The notes under the pieces: model-generated
Told to the model about the DNA's origin: nothing
Database searches by the model: none
Seen by the model: the letters and a program-made list of their open reading frames with translations, nothing else
Assembly (NCBI GenBank): GCA_037440465.1
Contig: JBBIUB010000001.1
Location: forward strand, 96,001 to 160,000
Direction of reading: 5' to 3'
Length of the DNA: 64,000 nt
Source: Coprothermobacterota bacterium
Lineage (GTDB): Bacteria > Coprothermobacterota > HKB111
Position numbers and translations under genes: made by a program
Shown here: in pieces, positions 47,833 to 56,190 of the stretch
Layout: every line of letters starts with the position of its first letter
Numbering within the stretch: position 1 is the first letter of the stretch

Positions 47833-47906
47833 TGGCGGCGCAGGGATTCGAACCCCGGACACTACGGGTATGAGCCGTATGCTCTAACCAACTGAGCTAC
47901 ACCGCC
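47833..47906 (-). tRNA. tRNA-Met (CAT), elongator type; CCA not encoded
   Basis: GGCGGTGTAGCTCAGTTGGTTAGAGCATACGGCTCATACCCGTAGTGTCCGGGGTTCGAATCCCTGCGCCGCCA. Confidence 0.9.
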
Positions 47907-47925
47907 CTGCGCAACTAATAATAAA

Positions 47926-48002
47926 TGGTAGCGGGGGAAGGATTTGAACCTTCGACCTCCGGGTTATGAGCCCGGCGAGCTACCTGGCTGCTCCACCCCG
48001 CG
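47926..48002 (-). tRNA. tRNA-fMet (CAT), initiator
   Basis: CGCGGGGTGGAGCAG...GGGCTCATAACCC...CCCCGCTACCA; 1:72 mismatch and 3 G-C pairs in the anticodon stem. Confidence 0.95.
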
Positions 48003-48012
48003 ATAACTATTT

Positions 48013-48042
48013 ATTATACCCTTAAAAATAGGATCTTGTCAA
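48013..48042 (-). promoter_or_regulatory. Sigma70 promoter for tRNA-fMet/tRNA-Met(-tilS)
   Basis: TTGACA (48042-48037) - 18 nt - TATAAT (48018-48013). Confidence 0.8.
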
Positions 48043-48051
48043 TTAAAGTAT

Positions 48052-49008
48052 TTAAGAATCCCTGACAATCCAGGTTCCTGTCTCATTTCTTAAAGCGGAT
48101 ATCAGAGAATCAGGAGAAGCTATAAGCACCTTTCCATTTATTTTTTCGAGGTACTTTATGGACGCCAAAATTTTAGGGCCCATGCTCCCCGCTGGAAAAT
48201 GCCCTTCATTATAATACCTCTTGGCTTCAAATAGAGTCATTTTACTTATCTTCTTCTCATTATCTTTGCCGAAGTTTAAAGCTACTTGAGAAACGCCTGT
48301 TAGAATTATAAACAAACCAGCTCCGAGTTCTTCAGCTAAAAGAGCAGAGCCTAAATCTTTATCAATAACTGCCTCCACACCTATTAATTTTCCACCATCA
48401 TTACATACAGGTATTCCCCCACCACCAACAGCAACAACAAGGTGACCTCTTTCAGTTAGATCCTCGATGGCTCTGTATTCTATTATCTCACGGGGTATTG
48501 GTGAAGGTACAATCCTTCTCCATCCACGTCCTGAATCTTCCTTAACAACCCAACCTTTTTCTTTACTCAACTTGCAGGCTTCCTCTTCAGAATAGAAAAG
48601 ACCAACATATTTTGTAGGATTTTTAAAGGCTGGATCTTCCTTATCTACTAAGGTTCGTGTTACAACAGAAACAACAGATCGATTAACTCCAGCTTGATTC
48701 AAGGCTTCCTGAAGTGGTTGGATCATCATATATCCTATACTTCCCTGAGTTTCTGCACCACACACATCCAATGTATGGGGAGGGACTGCATGTTGACTAA
48801 GCTCCGAACGCAAAAGGGTATTTCCAACCTGGGGACCGTTGCCATGGGTTATTACGATATTCAGATCCTCTCTCATCAGAAATGGGAGAAGATGCTTTAC
48901 TGTCTCTTTTATGTTTTTGTATTGTTCTTCAACAGTACCTTTTTCGCCAGTTCGCAAAATAGCATTTCCACCGAGTGCTATCACTATGAACTCTTTACCG
49001 TTTCTCAA
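48052..49008 (-). CDS. arcC: Carbamate kinase
   Basis: ALGGNA, THGNGPQVG, GGGGIPV, AVIDKD, GSMGPK. Confidence 0.95.
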   Translation of the reverse strand: MRNGKEFIVIALGGNAILRTGEKGTVEEQYKNIKETVKHLLPFLMREDLNIVITHGNGPQVGNTLLRSELSQHAVPPHTLDVCGAETQGSIGYMMIQPLQEALNQAGVNRSVVSVVTRTLVDKEDPAFKNPTKYVGLFYSEEEACKLSKEKGWVVKEDSGRGWRRIVPSPIPREIIEYRAIEDLTERGHLVVAVGGGGIPVCNDGGKLIGVEAVIDKDLGSALLAEELGAGLFIILTGVSQVALNFGKDNEKKISKMTLFEAKRYYNEGHFPAGSMGPKILASIKYLEKINGKVLIASPDSLISALRNETGTWIVRDS

Positions 49009-49017
49009 TTTAGACTC

Positions 49018-49944
49018 CTAAAGTAAAAGAGCCAGGATGGCTTTCTGAGCGTGCAGCCTATTTTCAGCTTGGTCAAAAACCACTGATTGAGGTCCATCCA
49101 TTACCTCGTTGGTTATCTCTTCTCCTCTGTGTGCGGGTAGGCAGTGTAACACAACAGCTTCAGGAGAAGCAAAGTTTAGAAGTGAAGAATTAACTTGATA
49201 AGGTATAAAGACCTTCTTCCTCTCTATAGCCTCCTCTTCTTGCCCCATACTGGCCCAAACATCTGAATATACTACATCTGCTTTCTCTATAGCTTCTTCA
49301 GGATTGGAAACTACCTTGATGGTGCCACCACTCTTCAAAGCTTCCGCCTGAGCCATTTCTACGACAAAAGCTGATGGTTCATAGTAAGGAGGCGAAGCTA
49401 CTCTTATATGCATTCCCACCTTGGCTCCACCAAGAAGAAGGGCGTTACACACATTGTTTCCATCACCTATATAAGCCATGGTCACCCCCTTAAGACTTCC
49501 CTTCTTCTCCTTGACAGTCATAAGATCTCCAAGAACCTGGCAGGGGTGATATAGGTCAGATAAACCATTTATCACTGGTATAGAAGCATATTCAGCTAAC
49601 TCCTCAAGAGTCTTATGAGAATAGACTCTTGCCATTATACCGTTTAAATAACGAGAAAGTGTGCGAGCTGTGTCTGCAATGGTTTCTCCTCTTTTAAGCT
49701 GAAGATCTTGAGCTCCGAGATAAAGGGCATGGCCTCCAAGCTCATACATAGCAACTTCAAAAGAGACCCTGGTGCGAGTTGAGGGTTTCTCAAAAATCAT
49801 ACCGAGAGTCTTACCCTGCAAAGAATTATGAATTATATTGCTTCTCTTCATCCTTTTCAACATAAACCCTGTTTCTAAAATTTCTTCTATCTCTTCTAAG
49901 GATAAATCTCCCAGGCTTAATAGGTCTCTTCCCCTAAGATTCAT
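49018..49944 (-). CDS. arcB: Ornithine carbamoyltransferase (probably catabolic)
   Basis: STRTR, HPCQ, DVWASMG, HCLP. Confidence 0.93.
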   Translation of the reverse strand: MNLRGRDLLSLGDLSLEEIEEILETGFMLKRMKRSNIIHNSLQGKTLGMIFEKPSTRTRVSFEVAMYELGGHALYLGAQDLQLKRGETIADTARTLSRYLNGIMARVYSHKTLEELAEYASIPVINGLSDLYHPCQVLGDLMTVKEKKGSLKGVTMAYIGDGNNVCNALLLGGAKVGMHIRVASPPYYEPSAFVVEMAQAEALKSGGTIKVVSNPEEAIEKADVVYSDVWASMGQEEEAIERKKVFIPYQVNSSLLNFASPEAVVLHCLPAHRGEEITNEVMDGPQSVVFDQAENRLHAQKAILALLL

Positions 49945-51287
49945 GCTTCCACCTCCTTTTCCTTGATTATATGAGGAATTCTCTCTTTAAGAATGGAGCT
50001 CAGGGTAGGCTCCCCAATCTCTTGAAGCTCGTAAGTCACACGGACCGCTGGCTTATTTAGTTTTACTAGCCTTCGTAAATCTATGGGTGTAGCTACAATT
50101 ACCAAATCAGCTGGAATTTGATTAAGGGTCTCTTCCATCTCCTTTATCTGGTTCTCGCTATAACCCATAGCTGGTAGAACATCTTCAGTTTGAGTATAGC
50201 GGGTAAAGGTACCTTTAATGGTTCCTACTGCATAAGGTTTTGGGCTAATAATTTCAGATGCCCCATATTTCAGAGCTGCAACATAGCCAGCGCCATACGC
50301 CATCTCTCCATGAGTTAAAGTAGGACCATCTTCAACTATCACTACTTTCTTTCCTCTTATCTTCCCCCCTTCCTCTACATATATAGGAGAAGCAGCTTCA
50401 ACTATAATTGCCCGGGGATTAAACTTACGGGCACTAACCCTTACCTTATTCACATTATCAAGAGAAGCTGTATCAAGCTTATTTATAACTAAAACATCGG
50501 CTGATCTCAGATTGGTCTCACCTGGGTGATAACCAATCTCATGACTGGCCCTCAGCGGATCAAGAACCACTATACTTAAATCACTCTTATAGAATGAAAA
50601 GTCATTATTTCCACCATCCCACACAACCACATCTGCTTCTCGCTGAGCAGATTCCAGAATATCGCCGTAGTCAACACCAGCATATACAATCATTCCCTTA
50701 ATAATATGAGGTTCATACTCTTCCATCTCTTCTATGGTGCATTTGTGCTTTTCAAGGTCAGCAATGGTCTCAAATCTCTGTACTCTCTGGATGGCAAGGT
50801 CACCATAGGGCATGGGGTGCCTGACAACAACCACTTTGAGTCCCATCTCCTTTAAAATGCCGGCAACCCTTCTGGTAGTCTGACTCTTACCTGCCCCAGT
50901 TCTAATAGCCCCTACAGAAACTACCGGTTTTCTTGCTGCGATCTGGGTGCTACCTGGCCCTAAAAGCCAGAAATCTGCTCCTGAAGCAAGAGTAAGAGAT
51001 GCCTTGTGCATAACATATTCGTGAGAAACATCGCTATAAGAAAAAACTATTACTTTTACACCCAGTTCTTTAATTAAACGGGTAAGCTCTTCTTCAGCAT
51101 ATATAGGAATACCCATTGGATATAATTTACCAGACAGAGATGAAGGATACTTCCTGCCCTCTATATCGGGAATCTGAGTGGCTGTAAAAGCAATAACTTC
51201 ATACTTCTCATTATCTCTGAAAAAAACATTGAAATTATGAAAATCACGTCCAGCTGCTCCCATAATGAGCACTTTGATTCTTCCCAT
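49941..51287 (-). CDS. arcE: Arginine synthetase ArcE-like P-loop protein (often annotated GTPase / cDPG synthase-like)
   Basis: MGAAGRDFHNFN, RTGAGKS, RHPMPYG, WDGGNND, EDGPTLTHG; coupled to OTC and carbamate kinase. Confidence 0.75.
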   Translation of the reverse strand: MGRIKVLIMGAAGRDFHNFNVFFRDNEKYEVIAFTATQIPDIEGRKYPSSLSGKLYPMGIPIYAEEELTRLIKELGVKVIVFSYSDVSHEYVMHKASLTLASGADFWLLGPGSTQIAARKPVVSVGAIRTGAGKSQTTRRVAGILKEMGLKVVVVRHPMPYGDLAIQRVQRFETIADLEKHKCTIEEMEEYEPHIIKGMIVYAGVDYGDILESAQREADVVVWDGGNNDFSFYKSDLSIVVLDPLRASHEIGYHPGETNLRSADVLVINKLDTASLDNVNKVRVSARKFNPRAIIVEAASPIYVEEGGKIRGKKVVIVEDGPTLTHGEMAYGAGYVAALKYGASEIISPKPYAVGTIKGTFTRYTQTEDVLPAMGYSENQIKEMEETLNQIPADLVIVATPIDLRRLVKLNKPAVRVTYELQEIGEPTLSSILKERIPHIIKEKEVEA

Positions 51288-51310
51288 GTTGAGACCCCCT
51301 TAATTGAAAA

Positions 51311-51709
51311 TTATCTCTTTCTATACTGACGATCTTTACGAGCTCGATGAAGACCAAATTTCTTTCTTTCTTTCTCACGTGGGTCTCTGGTTAATAACCC
51401 TTCTTTTCTTAAAACTGGCTTGAGCTCGGGGTCAAGATTAACAATAGCTCTTGCAATTCCCAAACTTAAAGCTCCAGCCTGCCCTGAAATACCTCCTCCC
51501 CCGACCCGAGCAGAAATATCCAGTAGAGAAAGTGTATTCGTAACAATGAGAGGCTTAGTTACACGCAATTCTAAGGATTTCCTCTCCTGAAGAAGTTCCA
51601 ATAATGATTTTCCATTAACCACTATATTTCCAGTACCTTTTCTCGCCAAAATCACAGCCACAGCCCTTTTTCTTCGACCAGTAGCTTGAATTGTTGTAAT
51701 TGGAATCAT
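51311..51709 (-). CDS. rpsI: 30S ribosomal protein S9
   Basis: ATGRRK, GGG.SGQAGA, LTRDPR.KERKK. Confidence 0.96.
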   Translation of the reverse strand: MIPITTIQATGRRKRAVAVILARKGTGNIVVNGKSLLELLQERKSLELRVTKPLIVTNTLSLLDISARVGGGGISGQAGALSLGIARAIVNLDPELKPVLRKEGLLTRDPREKERKKFGLHRARKDRQYRKR

Positions 51710-52164
51710 GCCTCTTCCCTCTCTTTTACAATATCAATTAACTTCGGTTCCTGTGCAGAATGAGGATGCAAAGGACCCGAATAAACTTTAAGCCTTTTAT
51801 ACATCTTCCTACCAAGTGTTGTTTTTGGAAGCATAAGGCGCACTGCTTTTTCTAAAACCCTCTCAGGGAAATTTTCTAATACCTTGGAAAGAGGGGTCGC
51901 TTTTAAACCCCCCTGGTAACCAGAATAGTGGTAGTATTTCTTTTGAGCCAACTTCTTTCCGGTTATTTTTATATCTTTAGCATTGATAACTATAACAAAA
52001 CTACCCATATCAACATGCGGTGTAAACTCTACTTTATTCTTTCCCTGAAGATAGCGACTAATTTGAGATGCCAGCCTTCCAAGAATCTTACCCTTAGCAT
52101 CAACAAGATGCCAGTCTCTTTTTACCTCTTTAATATTTATAAACCTTGTTTTAGTAGTTTCCAT
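51706..52164 (-). CDS. rplM: 50S ribosomal protein L13
   Basis: VDA....LGRLAS, FTPHVD, HYSGYQGGLK, HPHSAQ.P. Confidence 0.96.
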   Translation of the reverse strand: METTKTRFINIKEVKRDWHLVDAKGKILGRLASQISRYLQGKNKVEFTPHVDMGSFVIVINAKDIKITGKKLAQKKYYHYSGYQGGLKATPLSKVLENFPERVLEKAVRLMLPKTTLGRKMYKRLKVYSGPLHPHSAQEPKLIDIVKEREEA

Positions 52165-52206
52165 TTCTTAAATGGTCTTATGCCTCCTTAAAAATAACTA
52201 AAAAAC

Positions 52207-52235
52207 ATTCTAAAACAAACCCCTCTCTTTGTCAA
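52207..52235 (-). promoter_or_regulatory. Sigma70 promoter for rplM-rpsI
   Basis: TTGACA (52235-52230) - 17 nt - TAGAAT (52212-52207). Confidence 0.75.
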
Positions 52236-52375
52236 GCACGGTGTTTGTTCTCAAATAATTATTAAATATAATATTTATCATAATAATTATACACTATCTT
52301 CTCATTAAGGGTACATATTTTACTTACCTATATCGGATAGGATATCTATTCCCGTCAAACTGAATTTATTTTATG

Positions 52376-52474
52376 AGACCCTGAAACAATCCTGAATAGA
52401 TTTTAGGACAGGGCCCAAGGTGACCCCCCACCCCACTCTCCCTCTACGAAGGGGAGGATTAAGGAGGGGGTGAC
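52376..52474. repeat. REP-like nested palindrome plus adjacent C-rich/G-rich hairpin
   Basis: AGACCCTGAAAC..TCCTGAA...TTTAGGA...CAAGGTGAC, then CCCCC..CTCCCTCT-acga-AGGGGAG..GGGGG. Confidence 0.5.
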
Positions 52475-52551
52475 AAAACTGAAATGCTTTTCAGCTTTTT
52501 CAAATAAAAACTCCTCTTTTGAATTTTACTTAATATGGATTATAAAAAGTC

Positions 52552-52580
52552 TTGACATTTATAAATATTATTATTATAAT
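52552..52580 (+). promoter_or_regulatory. Perfect consensus sigma70 promoter for KAS III-like operon
   Basis: TTGACA (52552) - 17 nt - TATAAT (52575). Confidence 0.85.
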
Positions 52581-52614
52581 GTGAAAGGTGAATCAGGTAT
52601 AAAAAGGAGTGCTT

Positions 52615-53613
52615 ATGGAAAACAAAAGGACGTCGAGAATTATAGGAACAGGTCTACATGTACCAGAAAAGGTTTTAACAAACCAATATTTTAATGATTT
52701 CTTTAAGGAAGATGTTGGTTCATGGCTTGAAGGTGTTGTAGGTCAAAAGGAAAGGCATGTCCTTGGAGATAATGAATCGGTGGTAGATATTGCTGTTCCT
52801 GCAGCTATTATGGCTATTGAAGAAGGTAAAATCAAGCCCGAAGACATAGACATTATCATTGTTTCTTCTGATACTCATGAATACATTTCACCACCAACAT
52901 CCTTTGTTGTACAAAATAAATTGGGTGCTAAAAATGCAGCAGTATTTGATTTAAACGCCTCATGCGCCTCATTTGTAACAGCTCTTGTAACAGCAGATAA
53001 ATGGCTTAAAGATGAGGAAAGTTTTAAATATGTATTAGTTATTGGTGAATATGGAATGACAAAATATCTAAACTGGAATGATAAATACACTGCTACCCTC
53101 TTTGCTGATGGTGCAGGAGCTTTTCTTCTTAAAGCAGAAAATGATGAAGAAGAAGGAGTAATAGACTCCGTATTTATAGCTGATGGAAGTTATTATGATT
53201 ATATTGGGGTCTTCGGTGGAGGAACAAGGTTCCCCTTAAGAGAAGAAACTATTCAACAGGGTTTACATCAATTGAGAATAATGAAAAGGTATCCACCCGA
53301 CATTAACTCCAGGAACTGGCCAATTCTTATAGAAAATCTCCTCCAAAAAGTTGGAAAAGAAGTTACAGACATAGACATGATTTTCTTTACTCAAATTAAT
53401 CTTGGTACAATTAAAGAGGTAATGACTAATCTAAATATTCCAATAGAGAAAACCCACTGGATAATGGATAAATACGGCTACACCGGTTCTGCTTGTATAC
53501 CTATGGCTGTTCATGATGCCCGATTAAATAATAAATTAAAAAAAGGAGATTTCGTGGTAATGATAGCCTCTGGAGCAGGCTTTGCTATGGGAGCTATAGC
53601 ACTAAAATGGTAA
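52615..53613 (+). CDS. KAS III (FabH)-fold protein 1, non-canonical active site
   Basis: NASCASF, LFADGAGA; TQIN in place of HQAN, YGYTGSA in place of YGNT.AA; ATG at 52615 after AAGGAG. Confidence 0.85.
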   Translation: MENKRTSRIIGTGLHVPEKVLTNQYFNDFFKEDVGSWLEGVVGQKERHVLGDNESVVDIAVPAAIMAIEEGKIKPEDIDIIIVSSDTHEYISPPTSFVVQNKLGAKNAAVFDLNASCASFVTALVTADKWLKDEESFKYVLVIGEYGMTKYLNWNDKYTATLFADGAGAFLLKAENDEEEGVIDSVFIADGSYYDYIGVFGGGTRFPLREETIQQGLHQLRIMKRYPPDINSRNWPILIENLLQKVGKEVTDIDMIFFTQINLGTIKEVMTNLNIPIEKTHWIMDKYGYTGSACIPMAVHDARLNNKLKKGDFVVMIASGAGFAMGAIALKW

Positions 53614-53658
53614 TTTATATTAATCAAAACCAGTTTAGTAGAGGAGATTTTAAATAAT

Positions 53659-54642
53659 ATGCGGTCGGTAAAAATAAGTTCTACTGGAATATATTCACCT
53701 TCCAGAACTATGTTCACTGAAGAAATAAATGAATTAGTTGGTGAGGATATAACTTACTGGGCGGTAGAGAAGATGGGCTTAAAAGTAAAAAAAATCTCAG
53801 AACCCGATGAAGCAGCCTCAGATTTAGCAGTAAAAGCAAGTATTGAAGCTATTAATAAAGCAGGAATAAAACCAGAAGACCTTGATCTTCTGATAGTAGC
53901 AACAGATACCCCTGACTATTTTTCCCCTGCTACATCTTCAATTGTTCAATGTAAATTAGGTGCTAAAAATGCAGGTACTTTTGATGTCAATTGTGCTTGC
54001 GCTGGCTTGGTTACGGCATTGGATATAGCTACTAAATATATCCTTACGGATAGTTCTTTTAAAAAGGTTCTTATAGTTGGTACTTACGCTATGACTAAGT
54101 TTCTCAATTGGAAAGATAAAGTAACAGCTCCTATTTTTTCAGACGGCGCAGGAGCAATTATACTGGAAGAAACAGATAATGGTCCTGGATTCCTGACCTC
54201 TAAACTAATTGCAGATGGTTGTTTCTATGACTATTTAGGTGTTTACCTCGGCTCAGGAGCAGTACCCACACCTGAATACATAGAAAAAGGGTTACATTTC
54301 GTCAGATATAACAAAAGATATCCTGATGTAAATTCAGAAAATTGGCCAAGCTTGGTGCGAGATACGCTCAAAAAGGTAAATCTTACTTCTCAAGATATTG
54401 ACATGATAATCTTCACTCAAGTCCGTAAATTTACCATAGAAGAAGTAATGGAAAAACTCAATCTCCCTCTTTCTAAAACATACATGGTTATGCACAAATA
54501 TGGGTACACAGGCTCCGCCTGTATCCCTATGGCTTTGAATGATGCCCTTGAAGAAAGGAAAATAAAAAAGGGAGACCTTGTAGTTTTTTGCTCATCAGGA
54601 GGTGGGTATGCGATGGCAGCATACGCCATGAGATGGGTTTAA
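53659..54642 (+). CDS. KAS III (FabH)-fold protein 2, non-canonical active site
   Basis: NCACAG, IFSDGAGA; TQVR and YGYTGSA. Confidence 0.85.
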   Translation: MRSVKISSTGIYSPSRTMFTEEINELVGEDITYWAVEKMGLKVKKISEPDEAASDLAVKASIEAINKAGIKPEDLDLLIVATDTPDYFSPATSSIVQCKLGAKNAGTFDVNCACAGLVTALDIATKYILTDSSFKKVLIVGTYAMTKFLNWKDKVTAPIFSDGAGAIILEETDNGPGFLTSKLIADGCFYDYLGVYLGSGAVPTPEYIEKGLHFVRYNKRYPDVNSENWPSLVRDTLKKVNLTSQDIDMIIFTQVRKFTIEEVMEKLNLPLSKTYMVMHKYGYTGSACIPMALNDALEERKIKKGDLVVFCSSGGGYAMAAYAMRWV

Positions 54643-54662
54643 AAATAAAAGGAGGTACGACC

Positions 54663-55430
54663 ATGCCATATTTACCATTTAAGAACGGAAATTTATACTA
54701 TGAAGAATCAGGAGAAGGCGATAGGAAACTCCTCTTTGTGCATGGAAACATCGCTTCTCTTAATTACTGGAGAAAATTAAGACCTTATTTACCAACTAAG
54801 ATAAAGTGTTTTTTCCTCGACCTTCCCGGATATGGTAAATCTGATAATATTTCGCCATATAACCTTGAATCCTTTGCTGATTCAATTATCTATTTTGCTG
54901 AAAAATTAGAGCTCAAAACCTTTACCTATGTTGGACATTCCACCGGGGGGCTTATAGGTATAATATCTACCTTAAAAGGTGCTCCAATAGCAAAACTTAT
55001 CCTTATATCTACCGTTCCTGCAAGTGGATATCCTCTTACAGAAGATTCCAGAGCTGCTTTTACCTTTCTTATGACTAATAGGGACTTCCTCGAGCAGACC
55101 TTAAGGAACCATGTATTTCCTAGCATCTCAGATGAAAACTTAGCACTTGAACTTATTCAAGATGCAGTAAGAGCCATTCCCCAGGGTTACACCGATGTTC
55201 CAGAAAGCCTGGGTGAAACAAATGTCCTTAAGGAGGCTAAAGAACTAAAGATTCCCATCCTTTTTATCCATGGGACAGAAGATAAAGTCATTCCACTTGA
55301 TTGGGCAAGAGAAACTTTTGACACAATAAATGGGAAGGTAATTATTCTGAAAGGTGCCGGTCACACACCTCAGATTTCTTTCCCACAGGAAGTAGCAACA
55401 CATATAGTGAACTTTGTAAAGGAGAATTAA
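54663..55430 (+). CDS. Alpha/beta hydrolase (esterase)
   Basis: HGN oxyanion, GHSTGG, GTEDKV, GAGH; ATG at 54663 after GGAGG. Confidence 0.88.
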   Translation: MPYLPFKNGNLYYEESGEGDRKLLFVHGNIASLNYWRKLRPYLPTKIKCFFLDLPGYGKSDNISPYNLESFADSIIYFAEKLELKTFTYVGHSTGGLIGIISTLKGAPIAKLILISTVPASGYPLTEDSRAAFTFLMTNRDFLEQTLRNHVFPSISDENLALELIQDAVRAIPQGYTDVPESLGETNVLKEAKELKIPILFIHGTEDKVIPLDWARETFDTINGKVIILKGAGHTPQISFPQEVATHIVNFVKEN

Positions 55431-55432
55431 AT

Positions 55433-56176
55433 ATGGGAAAGTTTGAAAACAAAATAAGTATTGTTACAGGTGGTGGAAGAGGAATTGGTAAAGAGATATG
55501 CCTATCTTTTGCTACAGAAGGAGCTAAGATAGTCATCTGGGATATAGACCAAGAAAGAGCACAGGAGGTTAAAGGTCGGTGTGAAGCACTGGGCATAGAA
55601 GTCCTGGTTCAACGGGTTGATGTAACCAATAGAAACCAGATTAAAAATGCAGTTGATGAAGTTATTGGCAAGTGGGGTAGAATAGATATTCTTGTTAATA
55701 ATGCAGGCATAACCCGAGATGCTTATCTTTCAAAAATGTCAGAAGAAGATTTCGATATGGTTATAAACATTAATCTTAAGGGCGTATTTAACTGTACTCA
55801 ATTAGTTGTTCCTCATATGATGACCCAAAACTACGGAAATATAATATGTATCTCCTCTATAGTAGGTAGAGATGGAAATATCGGGCAAACCAACTATGCT
55901 GCTTCCAAAGCTGGAGTAATAGGTATGGTCAAGACCTGGGGTAAAGAACTCGCCAGGTTTAACATTAGAGCCAATGCTATTGCTCCTGGCTTTATCGCTA
56001 CAGAAATGACCCAAAAAGTTCCAGAGAAGGTCATTGAGATGGTAAAGGAAAAAACACCCTTGAAACGCCTGGGAACACCGCAAGAAATAGGAAGACTGGC
56101 TGTTTTCCTCGCCTCTGAAGAATCCTCCTTCATCACCGGCCAGGTCATAAGTGTTGATGGAGGTCTTGTCCTCTAA
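55433..56176 (+). CDS. SDR, FabG / acetoacetyl-CoA reductase family
   Basis: TGGGRGIG, NNAGITRD, GNIGQTNYAASK, APGFI. Confidence 0.88.
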   Translation: MGKFENKISIVTGGGRGIGKEICLSFATEGAKIVIWDIDQERAQEVKGRCEALGIEVLVQRVDVTNRNQIKNAVDEVIGKWGRIDILVNNAGITRDAYLSKMSEEDFDMVININLKGVFNCTQLVVPHMMTQNYGNIICISSIVGRDGNIGQTNYAASKAGVIGMVKTWGKELARFNIRANAIAPGFIATEMTQKVPEKVIEMVKEKTPLKRLGTPQEIGRLAVFLASEESSFITGQVISVDGGLVL

Positions 56177-56190
56177 TTAAGGGTGATGAG

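Noticed and set aside
47833..47906. tRNA-Ile2 because it lies next to tilS
   Set aside because: Acceptor stem GGCGGTG and body match the elongator tRNA-Met pattern better; not checked computationally.
49941..51287. Cyclic 2,3-diphosphoglycerate synthase
   Set aside because: No 2-phosphoglycerate kinase nearby; coupling to OTC and carbamate kinase fits ArcE.
52253..52290. AT-only inverted repeat ATAATTATTA...TAATAATTAT
   Set aside because: Low complexity; plausible by chance in AT-rich intergenic DNA.
52470..52694. 74-aa ORF upstream of the KAS III genes
   Set aside because: Runs through the consensus promoter and overlaps the real CDS out of frame; its apparent RBS is part of a repeat hairpin.
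54588..54662. ORF-track N-terminal extensions (54588; also 61009 and 52609)
   Set aside because: They overlap upstream genes or the RBS itself; downstream ATGs have proper SD spacing.
52615..56176. Standard fabH-fabH-fabG fatty acid synthesis cluster
   Set aside because: Decarboxylation residues are missing, there is no acpP/fabD/fabF, and it is linked to an importer and CoA transferase.
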